Shown: positions 10,240 to 20,515 of the stretch, piece by piece
Numbering within the stretch: the stretch's first letter is position 1
How the letters are laid out: each line of letters starts with the position of its first letter
Virus record (IMG/VR): IMGVR_UViG_3300030380_006185
Coordinates: 1 to 64,000 of that record
DNA: 64,000 nt
DNA from: a virus
Strand: one strand, 5' to 3'
Notes under the pieces: model-generated
What the model was told of the DNA's origin: nothing
What the model saw: the letters and a program-made list of their open reading frames with translations, nothing else
The model's database searches: none
Program-made: the position numbers and the translations under genes

Positions 10240-11538
10240 TTATTTAATAATACCTGCCAATTTTTGCATTCTAGCGAACACGTCGTTAGATTCAACAATT
10301 GGTTTTTTAGTTGATGGTATTGTTGTCGCTTTAGAAGCTCTACCTAAGTTTTCTTTAATAGTTGATTTTTTAACTTTTAAACCTTCGCTTAAAGTTTCAT
10401 ATATCAACTTAGCTTCCTTAGTTGTATTTGCTTTGTCAAACGAGCTCAATACTTTTACTTTTTGACTTTCGTTCAAGTTTTTAGCCTTGAAAATTTTATT
10501 TGTGTAAAGAAGTTTTGCATTTAATAAATTAGTTGCATTAGTTTCTTTAACAGCTTCGTTTAAGTCAGATTTTAAAGATTCATTTTCAGCTTGAAGTTCA
10601 GCAACCTCTTCAGACATGTTATCTTTTTTAACATCATCTTTAAGATCTTTTGCTATATCAACAACTTCTTTTGCTGATTTAGCTTTACTGAGTTTACTTC
10701 TAATAGCAGCTACTGCTATTCCAGTTGCAGCGGAAACAAAAGGAATCATAGCTGCAATCATACCTGCAACTTCATGTGGAGCAGCATCTGTTCCAAACAT
10801 TACTGATTCTTCTACTTCTTCCATTTCTTCTGTTACTTCTTCATCTTTCATTTCTTCTTCAATCTCTTTTAACAATTCTGCTAAATCGACTTCTTCTTCT
10901 TCATCAGACATTTCTACTTCTTCATCTTCTACTTCATCTTCAACATCTCCACCTTCTAGTTCGCCAGAAGCGACCATATCAGCGATTACGTCTTCGATCA
11001 TTTTCTTAAGATCTTCATCAGTCATGTCTTCAAGATCAAGTGGTTCACCTTCTTCTTCTTCAGATTCTTCTTCGTCTTCGACTTCGTCTTCCTCTTCAGC
11101 TTCATTAAGTGTTTCATCTACTTTCTCTTTTTCTTCTTCTTCTAATTCAGCTAATAGTTCTTCCAAATCCATCTCATCTAAATCTTTTTCACCTTCAGGA
11201 ATATTTCCTTTCAATGAATCAAATCCTTGGTCGTCGTCTGCAGCTATCATTGGTTCAAATCCAGCTTCTTCAACTTCTTCTTTTGCTTCATCCACTTTAG
11301 AATCGTCTTCTTCATATTTCATTTCTTCTTCCATGGTAGTGTCATCTTCTTCATACTTCATTTCTTCCATACTTTTAGATTCTTCTTCATCCATTTCTTG
11401 AATTTTAGCGGATAACATTTCTTTTAAACGAGGTGTAAATGCTTCTTCTAGAGCTGTTTTAGCGTTTGCTATTGCCATTTCTTTTACGGCTTTAGCATCT
11501 GCGATTGCTTCTTTAAGCAAATCTCTGTTTGTTGCCAT
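10240..11538 (-). CDS. Prohead core scaffold protein (gp22 analogue); start moved to MATNRDLLKE at 11538
   Basis: Highly acidic coiled coil between protease and capsid genes; many L-x-E sites; C-terminal RMQKLAGI; the ORF-track extension runs through a structured leader. Confidence 0.8.
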   Translation of the reverse strand: MATNRDLLKEAIADAKAVKEMAIANAKTALEEAFTPRLKEMLSAKIQEMDEEESKSMEEMKYEEDDTTMEEEMKYEEDDSKVDEAKEEVEEAGFEPMIAADDDQGFDSLKGNIPEGEKDLDEMDLEELLAELEEEEKEKVDETLNEAEEEDEVEDEEESEEEEGEPLDLEDMTDEDLKKMIEDVIADMVASGELEGGDVEDEVEDEEVEMSDEEEEVDLAELLKEIEEEMKDEEVTEEMEEVEESVMFGTDAAPHEVAGMIAAMIPFVSAATGIAVAAIRSKLSKAKSAKEVVDIAKDLKDDVKKDNMSEEVAELQAENESLKSDLNEAVKETNATNLLNAKLLYTNKIFKAKNLNESQKVKVLSSFDKANTTKEAKLIYETLSEGLKVKKSTIKENLGRASKATTIPSTKKPIVESNDVFARMQKLAGIIK

Positions 11539-11559
11539 TTTTCCTAAATTTATTTTTGT

Positions 11560-11635
11560 TGGGAAAGTACGTTTATTTAAAAAACGTAATAGAATAATTA
11601 ATTGTGATGCCACATAGAATCGTGGCATATTCCCA
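11560..11635 (-). promoter_or_regulatory. Three-stem structured 5' leader of the scaffold/capsid operon
   Basis: Stems tgggaa/ttccca, tacgttt/aaacgta and atgccac/gtggcat. Confidence 0.6.
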
Positions 11636-11643
11636 TATACATA
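11636..11643 (-). promoter_or_regulatory. Late promoter variant TATGTATA
   Basis: Upstream of scaffold leader; same variant at 8497-8504 and 33905-33912. Confidence 0.6.
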
Positions 11644-11666
11644 TATGAGGAGGAATTAAAGTCGCA

Positions 11667-12299
11667 CTACATTACAGGACAGGTGCCCTTAGCGCATAGT
11701 ATTTCGGTAATAATTGAATTAGTGCGTGCATATGGATGAAGGAATGTAGATCTAGATTCATTTAATTGACCATTTTTCATCCAAGAATCTGGGTTTGATG
11801 GGTTAGATACTAAATCCCAAGTAAGTAATTCAAAGTCATCTTGTACTTCCATTACTTCACCCATTTGTTTTAATGAACCCATTCCACGAGAAGATATACC
11901 TATAATTAAACCATTTTTAACTAATGCTCCTGCTATACGGCCAGATTCAGTTCCAAGTGGGCCTTCATCACAAAATATTTCTACTTTACCTATTATTTCA
12001 TCTCCATCCCATCTTAATTCTCTAATAGCGTGTGATGCATTTTTTAGGTTAATTACTTGTGAATCAGGATGATCTAGTTCACCACAAGTTTCTGTTGATT
12101 TTTGGTCTATTTTCTTTTGGAAATTACCAATTTCACGTTCCCATAACTCTTTTTTATAATATCTACCATTACCATTTTTAACTTCAACAGTAGCTAAAAC
12201 ACCTTCAACGAAAATATTTCCACCTCTGTTTAATCCTTCTACAAGTCGAACAGGACTTGGTTTAAATTGTCTAGTTTCTATTAAGAGTTCTTTGTTCAT
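11667..12299 (-). CDS. gp21: Prohead protease (T4 gp21 family)
   Basis: KNGNGRYY, GELDHP, NASH, GISSRGMGS, WDLVSNPS. Confidence 0.95.
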   Translation of the reverse strand: MNKELLIETRQFKPSPVRLVEGLNRGGNIFVEGVLATVEVKNGNGRYYKKELWEREIGNFQKKIDQKSTETCGELDHPDSQVINLKNASHAIRELRWDGDEIIGKVEIFCDEGPLGTESGRIAGALVKNGLIIGISSRGMGSLKQMGEVMEVQDDFELLTWDLVSNPSNPDSWMKNGQLNESRSTFLHPYARTNSIITEILCAKGTCPVM

Positions 12300-14122
12300 A
12301 TTTTATATTTACCCATTAGGTGTTGTTCAACAAATTCTATTTCTTCACCCATATAAGCAGGAAATTCAGAAAGAACATTTGCTAGGGCATCTTCATCAGA
12401 CATGTTACCACCTGCATTGTCTCTTCCTGTAAGTCTTTCAAACATTTCTTCAGCTTCATCAGCTACTCTCTCTAATGATTTTTGACGATAGTCTGTTGAT
12501 TCTACTCCTTCTTCAAGTGCATCATCTAATTCTTTTGCAGCATCAGCAGCTCTTTCTAGTTCATCAGCTGCCTCACCCGCTGCTGTAGAGGTTGCTTCTG
12601 CATCTTCACTTGCTATTTCAGAAATAGGTTCATCTTCATCAATTACTTCTTTTTTCTTTGGAGTAGATTTAGCTTTTTTAGCAAGTGCTTTTTCAATTTT
12701 TGCTTTAGCTTTTTCTAATTTTTTAATATCTTTTTGAAGTTCTTTAACTTTCTTTTTATCAGTTAAAGCTTTTAAATCTTCATCTTCATCTAATCTGTTA
12801 AGACGTGCACTTTTTCTTTCAATTAATTCAGCAATTTTTTCAAGTTTAGATTCAAATACTTCATATTCAGCTAATTTATTAATTTCAGCTAATTCTTTTT
12901 CTACACTTTCTCTAATTACTTTTCGGATTTTAGATTCATTTAATGATTCATTTTTAGGTGATTCAGGTTGACCCATTCTTTTTCTAAGATCTTTTTTAAA
13001 TTTTTCCCAAACTTCATCAAATCCATCATCCTCTTTATCTTCAAATACATCACCTCGTATTGTTGGGTTTACATCAAACATGTCTTGAACATCAAACATA
13101 CCCATTTGGTCTGCTTTATTGAGAACTCTCATTACCATAGAACTAGATAATCCTTCCTCACCTAAGTATTCTATGGCTTCTACTTTTTTCATGCCTTTAA
13201 TAGCATTTAAGTAAGTTCCCATATCTTGAGGATTTTTAGTATGTCTAGGTTCTGGGAGTTGGTAGGCACCCATTTCTCTATCAGCATATCCTTCTTCTAA
13301 TTCTTCATTAATTATAGAACGAACTACTTTACGTATTTGATCTTCTTCGTTAATTGATTCTTGAATTGGTTTTAACCTTTTTACTGAAACTTCAATAAAT
13401 TCATCATTCCAATCAAGTTGTGCATAACCACCACCAATATTAACAATAGTAGCTATACTACCATCAAATCTTACTTTATCACCAACTTTAAATGAATGGC
13501 TTTCTATTCCTTCATTTAAATTACCATATCCAGAAGACTTATATTTACCTTTAGGTTCTTTTGGTTCACCTAAACCAGGATGATCTACTGTGTATCCTAA
13601 ATCTTTTACACCAAATTGACCTTTTTCAGTGTAATATGTAGGGTTTTTTTCAAGATTTTTAATTACAATGGATTTTAATTGTTCCATTGTTTTATTTTCA
13701 TTTTTAGGATCCTTCATTTCAGTGTAGTATCCTTTCATAATCTGATCAAAGATTAAATTATCAGGATTTTTCTTATCCTCATAATCAAAATTCTTTTCAG
13801 CGTCTTCTTCTACTTGTTTTGAAGTTTTCTTAAGTTCAGCTTTTTCATCATCAAAGTATTCTTTTTTTGCTTCAGCTAAAAAGTTTTCAAATGCTACTTC
13901 AAATGATTCTTTTTTAGAAGGTGGTAATTGATTAATTGGTTCTAAACCAATAACATTTTCATTAATAAGGTTTTTAGTTTTAAGTACATTTGCTACTTCT
14001 GTATATGTAGCAGCGTTACGAATTAAACCAGGAAACTGTCGTTTAGCTTCCTTGATAAAGATATCTTTATGGCCTTTACCTTCTTTAATTAACAAATACT
14101 GGTCTTGTAATGTCTTTTTCAT
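12296..14122 (-). CDS. Putative prohead core/internal protein (modular, acidic)
   Basis: MKKTLQDQYLLIKE leader; repeated LNE/INE/LEE sites; embedded FKVGDKV module; lies between portal and protease. Confidence 0.6.
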   Translation of the reverse strand: MKKTLQDQYLLIKEGKGHKDIFIKEAKRQFPGLIRNAATYTEVANVLKTKNLINENVIGLEPINQLPPSKKESFEVAFENFLAEAKKEYFDDEKAELKKTSKQVEEDAEKNFDYEDKKNPDNLIFDQIMKGYYTEMKDPKNENKTMEQLKSIVIKNLEKNPTYYTEKGQFGVKDLGYTVDHPGLGEPKEPKGKYKSSGYGNLNEGIESHSFKVGDKVRFDGSIATIVNIGGGYAQLDWNDEFIEVSVKRLKPIQESINEEDQIRKVVRSIINEELEEGYADREMGAYQLPEPRHTKNPQDMGTYLNAIKGMKKVEAIEYLGEEGLSSSMVMRVLNKADQMGMFDVQDMFDVNPTIRGDVFEDKEDDGFDEVWEKFKKDLRKRMGQPESPKNESLNESKIRKVIRESVEKELAEINKLAEYEVFESKLEKIAELIERKSARLNRLDEDEDLKALTDKKKVKELQKDIKKLEKAKAKIEKALAKKAKSTPKKKEVIDEDEPISEIASEDAEATSTAAGEAADELERAADAAKELDDALEEGVESTDYRQKSLERVADEAEEMFERLTGRDNAGGNMSDEDALANVLSEFPAYMGEEIEFVEQHLMGKYKI

Positions 14123-14123
14123 T

Positions 14124-14555
14124 CTATTTTTCTGTTAATAGTTCTTTTATTTCTTTTAAATAGTTTTTAACTATTTCTATTGGTTGTGTGATATCATATG
14201 AACCAGCGTTTCCACCATATAATTCAATTGTATCATTTTTTGCATTAGAAACTAATGGTGTTATTTCATTCATTAATTTCTCAATTTCATCTAACCCAGC
14301 TATACGTTGTTTTTGGAAATCATTCATTTCCCATAATTTTTTCTTATCGTATGATTTGGGTTTTATATTAGGAACATTTTTAAATCCTAATTTATAGTAA
14401 TAAATATTCTTAGCTCCTTTAGCATTCTTATTTTTATTAAAAACAGTTGGAGTAGCATAGTTAGCCCCTTCGCCTGGGGTAAAAGAAGCGCCACCTTGGT
14501 TAGTAGCGGACATTTCTTTTAATTTATTTCTTACTATTTCTTTAATTCTATCCAT
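14124..14555 (-). CDS. Putative head-associated protein
   Basis: MDRIKEIVRNKLKE leader; head gene cluster. Confidence 0.55.
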   Translation of the reverse strand: MDRIKEIVRNKLKEMSATNQGGASFTPGEGANYATPTVFNKNKNAKGAKNIYYYKLGFKNVPNIKPKSYDKKKLWEMNDFQKQRIAGLDEIEKLMNEITPLVSNAKNDTIELYGGNAGSYDITQPIEIVKNYLKEIKELLTEK

Positions 14556-15402
14556 TAGCTATTTCTAATTCGTCAACTAAATCACAATATTGTAATAAAT
14601 CAACTAAATCTTTATCTTTAAGTTTATAATTTTTAGATGGAACTTTAATTAGAGAAGCAACTTCAGCAATTTTTATTTTAGTAACTTTATTTTTAGTATT
14701 TTTATTTAAATCTATCAATTCCTTTTTAATTTCATTTACTTTATTAATGTAAAATTCTTTTAAACGGGGGGCATTATCAATAGCGTTAATATATTCTTTA
14801 AGAATAAGTTTTTGCTTTACAGCTAAATCATTATACTTTCCATTAAATTTTTCCATTAAAATTTTATAGGTAAGCAATTTAGTATCTTTATCAGATTTAT
14901 TAACTTCTTCCATTACCTCATCTCTAACTTTATTTTTTTCAATAGAAGCAACAGTTAAATGTTCTAAAATAGTAATTTTATTTTGGATTAACTGTTCAGG
15001 GTTAGATATATTAGAATTATTTAACTCTAATAAAGTATAAAAGGCTGCAAAAGGTTTATAATTAGGGAGTTTATGGTTAAAGAAATGAGTAATGTCATAG
15101 TGTGATTTTATCTCATTAATTAAGTTATACTTTTGTTTTTTTATAGCTCCCCTATTTAAGGATTTTGAAGATTCAATTAACGTAGAAATTGTAATAGAAG
15201 CTTTAGCTTCAGTTAATGAAGTCCTCTTTAAAAGAGACTCATACAATTTATATTCTCTTCCTAATTCGGATTTTACAAAATACTTTTGCAATAAATCTTT
15301 TGCTGGAGAAATTTTATTCTCTAAAGTATCGTTAGTAATCTGGCGTACTAATAATTCAAATAATATACCAGTGTTTTTATACTTTGAATGTTTTACTTGC
15401 AT
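14548..15402 (-). CDS. Hypothetical head morphogenesis protein
   Basis: KHSKYKNTGILFELL N-terminus; own late-promoter motif; follows portal. Confidence 0.6.
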   Translation of the reverse strand: MQVKHSKYKNTGILFELLVRQITNDTLENKISPAKDLLQKYFVKSELGREYKLYESLLKRTSLTEAKASITISTLIESSKSLNRGAIKKQKYNLINEIKSHYDITHFFNHKLPNYKPFAAFYTLLELNNSNISNPEQLIQNKITILEHLTVASIEKNKVRDEVMEEVNKSDKDTKLLTYKILMEKFNGKYNDLAVKQKLILKEYINAIDNAPRLKEFYINKVNEIKKELIDLNKNTKNKVTKIKIAEVASLIKVPSKNYKLKDKDLVDLLQYCDLVDELEIANG

Positions 15403-15422
15403 TCTTAATAAGTTTGTTTATT

Positions 15423-15430
15423 TATAAATA
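15423..15430 (-). promoter_or_regulatory. Late promoter motif TATTTATA
   Basis: Upstream of ATG 15402. Confidence 0.7.
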
Positions 15431-15442
15431 TATAAAAAAGTA

Positions 15443-17350
15443 TTACTCGTGAATTTGATTTTCATCTAACAAAGAATTACCTTTTATTTCCTTTTCAAAT
15501 ATTATCTGTTTTCTTTGATTTTTAATATCATTAAACATTTTTTTATTCTTATTTCGTTTATTCTTTGTTTCAAGAGCTAAAGGGGATCCACCTTTATAAT
15601 TAGGTTTTATTGAATCTGATGAGTCATTATCTGTTTTCATTCCAACTGCTCCTATTCTATCTTTACCAAAAGCATTATCTTGGGTGTTTCTATTAGTTGC
15701 TTTTTCTTTTGGTCTACCTAATGATTCTTTATCTTCATCATACCCTTCAGGTACTTCTCCATTATCATATCTATTTCTACCATATAATGAAGCTAAATCA
15801 TGAGGTGTACCATATGATTTACCTGTTTCAAGTGGGTCATTTCCTTCATTTTCAATTTGGTTAATACGGAATTTACGTTTAGCATCTTGAGTAATAAGAC
15901 TTCTATATTCATCATATTCATCTTCACTTAAATGGAATATATGTTCATATACAAAATCAGAAGGCATTAACTTATTATCTAAAATTGAATTTGCTAATTC
16001 AACTTTTTCTTTCATTAGTGCTACTCTTTCTTGGTCATATATTATTGAAGGAGTGGTTAAATCAAGTTCAAAGTTTACTAGAGCATCATCTTTATAACCT
16101 TGTGTGTATAAATGTACTAAAGCAATTTTATTAAGTTCTGAAAGGATAATTCGTTGTATTCGTTCTATTGTACGAGCAAATCTAATATCTTCAGCAGCTA
16201 ATGTTGCTTTACCAGTTAAATCTTTTTCATAACCCATAAATGCTTTAGGTACTTTAAGAGCAGCAAATAATTTATCTCTTAAATATTCAACATCTTGAAT
16301 TCCATCCCACTGTAGACCAGCTAAATTTTCAATTTTAGTTGATGTATCATTACCTCTAACAGGAAGATAAAAATCTTCCATAAGGTTTTGCATATTATAT
16401 TTTAAATTATAATCACCAGTTTGTTGGTCAATATATGGAGTACGTTTCATTTTTGAAATTGTTTTCTGCATAAAGTTTTCTACTTCAGCAGGTGCAATAT
16501 TCCCAACATTTATATAAAACATACGTTTTTCAGGTGCTCTAACAATTCTATGAATTAACATAGCATCTTCCATCATTGTATACTGTTTAAACAGTTTACG
16601 AGCTGGTTCTAAGTATGATCTACCATAAGGCAAAAAGTTAGTATCTGAAAGTAACCTAAAATGGGCTACTTCGTAATTATCAAAATATATAGCTTTGTCA
16701 TTTTCACTATTACTATAATTTGAAGAGGGTACTGAATATTGACCTGAAGCAACATTAATACCATCTGGGTCAAATCTAAATCTAACATCACCTGGTCTTT
16801 CAGGATCATAACCATCTTGTCTTTCTATATGAAATGCATTGTAAGGTATAACATTATATACACCAAATTTTTCAGAAATTTCCAATTTTAAAAAGAAATC
16901 TCCATACTTACACATATTTCTAATCCAAGGCCATAAGTTAAACTCTATGTTTAATACATCATAAAATAAATTGTATAGAATTTTTTGAACATCTTCATCA
17001 GAACTTTTAATATGAAGTACTTCCCCCATATCATTTTTGAGTGTAGATTCATCAGAAATAATATCTAAAGCAGAAGCAATAATAGCATCAGTATCCATTG
17101 AATCATACTCAGAATAGAGTTGAGGACGCAACATTTGATAATTAAAACTATTCTGGTATCCATAAATGGAGGTGTTTGAATTAGTATAAATTCTATTAAA
17201 CCTATCAACTAAGGAATTAGTTTCATATTCACCTGAAACTTGAATTTTGTTTATATCAATTACTTTTAATTGATTGTCTCCATCATTTCTGATGATTACA
17301 TCAGTTGAAAATAATCTTCTTAATCTTCCAAATAATCCAGTATCTGCCAT
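15443..17350 (-). CDS. gp20: Portal protein (T4 gp20 family)
   Basis: MEDAMLIHRIVRAPEKRMFYINVGN, MEDFYLP.RG, YLRDKLFAALKVP, EDIRFARTI.RIQ. Confidence 0.95.
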   Translation of the reverse strand: MADTGLFGRLRRLFSTDVIIRNDGDNQLKVIDINKIQVSGEYETNSLVDRFNRIYTNSNTSIYGYQNSFNYQMLRPQLYSEYDSMDTDAIIASALDIISDESTLKNDMGEVLHIKSSDEDVQKILYNLFYDVLNIEFNLWPWIRNMCKYGDFFLKLEISEKFGVYNVIPYNAFHIERQDGYDPERPGDVRFRFDPDGINVASGQYSVPSSNYSNSENDKAIYFDNYEVAHFRLLSDTNFLPYGRSYLEPARKLFKQYTMMEDAMLIHRIVRAPEKRMFYINVGNIAPAEVENFMQKTISKMKRTPYIDQQTGDYNLKYNMQNLMEDFYLPVRGNDTSTKIENLAGLQWDGIQDVEYLRDKLFAALKVPKAFMGYEKDLTGKATLAAEDIRFARTIERIQRIILSELNKIALVHLYTQGYKDDALVNFELDLTTPSIIYDQERVALMKEKVELANSILDNKLMPSDFVYEHIFHLSEDEYDEYRSLITQDAKRKFRINQIENEGNDPLETGKSYGTPHDLASLYGRNRYDNGEVPEGYDEDKESLGRPKEKATNRNTQDNAFGKDRIGAVGMKTDNDSSDSIKPNYKGGSPLALETKNKRNKNKKMFNDIKNQRKQIIFEKEIKGNSLLDENQIHE

Positions 17351-17359
17351 TTTTTTATT

Positions 17360-18943
17360 TTATATTAGCCAAGAAATATCTTCTTCACCATTTGAGTAAG
17401 GGTTATCAATTTTATATGGGTTTTTAAAAGCACTATCACTAGAATAACCACCTGAGTATTTTGAGGTGTTATTGCTAATGTTATTAAGCATGCTTTTAGT
17501 CATGTCCATTCCTTGTTGTCTTAATTTAAATGCTGTCTCTCTTAAATAACAGCCAATAGAAAAAGATAAAACTAAATCATCATTATACCCTGTTTGGGCT
17601 TCAGCTCTACCGTTTCTCCATATAAATACTTTCATTTCCTCTAATAGTCGCACAGATCGAAATATAACACCACGATCCCGCACAGCTTCTTGGAATTTAC
17701 CAATTGCTATTGGTCTAGTATTTGAAGCCATTGTAAAACCAGGTGTCATTTTGCTATAATCCATATAAGGGTCAAAATAATTATCTACAGACATGCTATT
17801 GCCTTTAGGTGAATGATACAAATTTTGATAACCCCTATCAAGGATAGTTTGAATAGTTGACCATCCTATACTTGAATTTTCAGGTGCAAGTAAAGCATTA
17901 TTATATTCAGTTGCTATACCAACTAATAAATTACCAAAATCTTTTGTACCCATTTGACCTTTATATTCAGCAACTTGAGTAAATGTTTCAACATCAAATA
18001 CATGGAATGCTGAGTAGTCTTTTCCATCACCACGGGCAACATCAGCTACAACTAAATAATCTCTTGAGTAGTCAGCTGGCTCCCATACCCAAAGATTTTT
18101 ATCTGTTCCACGTTTTTCAAGTGGTTCTTTGACACAATCTTTTTCATAATAATCTATATTCTCAGGATAAAAAACAGTATCACCAGAGGTAGAAAAATCG
18201 CAATCACATTCTTGTGCTGCCATTCTTATTCCTAAATCGGCATCTTGTTGGTCTCTCCAAGCTTGGTCTCTTTCAGGATGTACTTCCCAAGGTAAACGTA
18301 TAGGTAAAAAACTATTATCACCTAATTCAGCCGCTACCCATGTTTTGTGGAACCAATTACCTGTACCATAGGGAGTAGATAATGAAATACACCCACCACC
18401 TGTTGCTAATGTTTGTTGAGCTGAGGCCCATATCTCACCTATATTATTAATAAATGCAGCCTCATCAATTATTAACAAAGAAACTGCTTCTGATCTACCA
18501 GCATCTGAACTTGCTGAAGTGGCTTTTATTTGAGAACCATTATTTAGTCTGAGGGTTAATTTATTGTCTTCGGATGGTTTTTGTTTTTCTTTAAGCCATG
18601 AGGGTAAGTTATCATACATAAACTTAACCTTTGTAACCATATTTTTGGCTGTTTCTTGTTTTGTTGCTATACAAAGTATATTTTTATCTTGGTTAAACAA
18701 CATCATCCATAATGAATAACCTGCTGTTAAAGTAGATATACCTAACTGTCTAGATTTTAAAACAATAGAGTAAGGATTTTCTTGAAATAAAGTTAATACT
18801 TTATCTTGAAATGGGTATAAATTAAATTGAATTCGACCTCGTTTAGGATGTTGTATATAACAATATTTACGCATAAAATGTGCGGGTGAAGTAGCACATT
18901 TAACATATTCTTCTCGTATTTTTTGTTTAAGATCTTGATTCAT
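17360..18943 (-). CDS. terL: Terminase large subunit (T4 gp17 family)
   Basis: KSRQLGIST, LIIDEAAF, STPYG, ADVARGDGKDYS, NDDLV. Confidence 0.95.
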   Translation of the reverse strand: MNQDLKQKIREEYVKCATSPAHFMRKYCYIQHPKRGRIQFNLYPFQDKVLTLFQENPYSIVLKSRQLGISTLTAGYSLWMMLFNQDKNILCIATKQETAKNMVTKVKFMYDNLPSWLKEKQKPSEDNKLTLRLNNGSQIKATSASSDAGRSEAVSLLIIDEAAFINNIGEIWASAQQTLATGGGCISLSTPYGTGNWFHKTWVAAELGDNSFLPIRLPWEVHPERDQAWRDQQDADLGIRMAAQECDCDFSTSGDTVFYPENIDYYEKDCVKEPLEKRGTDKNLWVWEPADYSRDYLVVADVARGDGKDYSAFHVFDVETFTQVAEYKGQMGTKDFGNLLVGIATEYNNALLAPENSSIGWSTIQTILDRGYQNLYHSPKGNSMSVDNYFDPYMDYSKMTPGFTMASNTRPIAIGKFQEAVRDRGVIFRSVRLLEEMKVFIWRNGRAEAQTGYNDDLVLSFSIGCYLRETAFKLRQQGMDMTKSMLNNISNNTSKYSGGYSSDSAFKNPYKIDNPYSNGEEDISWLI

Positions 18944-18944
18944 A

Positions 18945-19373
18945 CTATTTTAATAACGATAATGTAATTAAGGAAGTTAAAGTAGCCACGAATCCTGCAC
19001 CTAACCATTTAAGGCTTTTTTTTAATCTATTATTAGACTTTTGTAATTTATTAACATCATTTTCTAAACCACTAATAATAGAGTATTGTTCTTTATCTAT
19101 TTTAATATAATTTTGAATTTGGAGAATATAATTAGCATCCTTAGATTCAAAGTTTTTTATAATGCTATCTTGATATTGAGATTTTTTACCTAAAATTAAA
19201 ACTAGGTCTTTTGTATGATCTAATTCAACTATTGCAGAATCACCTTTAATTAAATCTATTGCTATTTTTTTAGCAATATCGTAGTCAAAACAAATTTTAC
19301 TGGTATCTTTCTGAGAAAAAGTTATCGAGCTGAGTAGGAGTATAGGTAGTAATATCTTTAATCTTTTTAGCAT
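18945..19373 (-). CDS. Exported coiled-coil protein with C-terminal hydrophobic anchor (candidate spanin partner)
   Basis: Signal peptide ending ITFS/Q, coiled coil, C-terminal hydrophobic helix; overlaps upstream gene by 77 bp. Confidence 0.45.
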   Translation of the reverse strand: MLKRLKILLPILLLSSITFSQKDTSKICFDYDIAKKIAIDLIKGDSAIVELDHTKDLVLILGKKSQYQDSIIKNFESKDANYILQIQNYIKIDKEQYSIISGLENDVNKLQKSNNRLKKSLKWLGAGFVATLTSLITLSLLK

Positions 19374-19653
19374 AGTATTTTCTTACTTTTATTATTTCGT
19401 TACTTGTACTATCAATTTGTTTATTCAAAATATCAATTTCAAGTTGTTGTACAAATATAGATTGGTTTAATTTTACTTGATTACTTTCTAATCCTGTTAT
19501 GACATTGTTTAAACTATCTATTCTTTGTTTTTGTTGTGTATAATCCCCTACTTGTGTTGGGGTTATTTTAATAAAAACAAAATATAATAAAAGTGTGAGA
19601 GATACTACACATGCTAAAACATGCCATAACTTTAATTTAACCTCTCTATTCAT
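19297..19653 (-). CDS. Inner-membrane spanin-like protein
   Basis: N-terminal TM helix plus coiled coil; overlapping partner gene. Confidence 0.5.
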   Translation of the reverse strand: MNREVKLKLWHVLACVVSLTLLLYFVFIKITPTQVGDYTQQKQRIDSLNNVITGLESNQVKLNQSIFVQQLEIDILNKQIDSTSNEIIKVRKYYAKKIKDITTYTPTQLDNFFSERYQ

Positions 19654-19661
19654 ACTAAAGT

Positions 19662-20486
19662 TTATTCAACTCCCCTTCCTGCTGCTCTATTTAAATCATC
19701 TAACATTGATTTTGTAAGCTTATATTCTTCTTTAGCTTTTTTCATATAGGCATCAATTTTAGGTTTATCATCTTTAAATTTCTTAATAAACTTTAATCCC
19801 ATATTAAATTTTTCCTTTTTTTCTTCTGGGGTAGATGATAAAGATTTAGCTGTTTCATCACTTGAAATATCAGCAGAAGATGGTCCTTCATCACTTGTAT
19901 CAGAATATTCTACTTTATCAAACCCATCATCATCTTTTGTACGTGTAGATGTTTTAGCAGTTCCTGCAGGGCGCCCTCTTTTACCTGATCCAGTTGATTT
20001 TTCTTTTTTAGGTTTATTAGGGTCTGCTTTTCTACCTCGTTTGCCAGGTTCTTTACCTAATACAGTATTAGCAGCATTTTTTTCAATTGTGTTTGTTGCT
20101 ATATCATCATTAAATTTATCTCCTGCTTCTTCTGCACCAGCAGCAACATCAGAAAGTAAATTTTGAAGGCTAATATCATGAGTATCTTTAAGTTCTTTTT
20201 TAAGATTTTTAACATACCCTTTTAATCGTTGATTATTACCTTCACCTGAAAATACTGGGTCTTTAGATAACTTTTCAATAGTAGCTTTTTCAGCTGCTTT
20301 AACAGCTTTAAGTTCACTATCCATATTTTGTTTTTCTAATTGATCTTTTAATTGTTTCATACTAGCCATTTCAGCTAATTGTTCAATTTCTTTTAATAAA
20401 TCAGAATCCTCAGCTACTGCAGGGATTTCATTTAATGCAGCATCAATTTCTTCTCTAATAATTTCAAGTAAACGAGTTTTTTTCAT
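19662..20486 (-). CDS. Putative internal head protein with AT-hook-like motifs
   Basis: MKKTRLLEIIREEI leader; KRGRK and KRGRP; late-promoter motif upstream. Confidence 0.55.
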   Translation of the reverse strand: MKKTRLLEIIREEIDAALNEIPAVAEDSDLLKEIEQLAEMASMKQLKDQLEKQNMDSELKAVKAAEKATIEKLSKDPVFSGEGNNQRLKGYVKNLKKELKDTHDISLQNLLSDVAAGAEEAGDKFNDDIATNTIEKNAANTVLGKEPGKRGRKADPNKPKKEKSTGSGKRGRPAGTAKTSTRTKDDDGFDKVEYSDTSDEGPSSADISSDETAKSLSSTPEEKKEKFNMGLKFIKKFKDDKPKIDAYMKKAKEEYKLTKSMLDDLNRAAGRGVE

Positions 20487-20507
20487 TACAGTATATTTTT
20501 ATTTATT

Positions 20508-20515
20508 TATAAATA
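20508..20515 (-). promoter_or_regulatory. Late promoter motif TATTTATA
   Basis: Upstream of ATG 20486 (run of genes leading to terminase and portal). Confidence 0.7.

Noticed and set aside
9471-11415. Plus-strand ORFs including the 261-aa Ser-rich one
   Set aside because: Antisense shadows of the capsid gene and the GAA-rich scaffold gene
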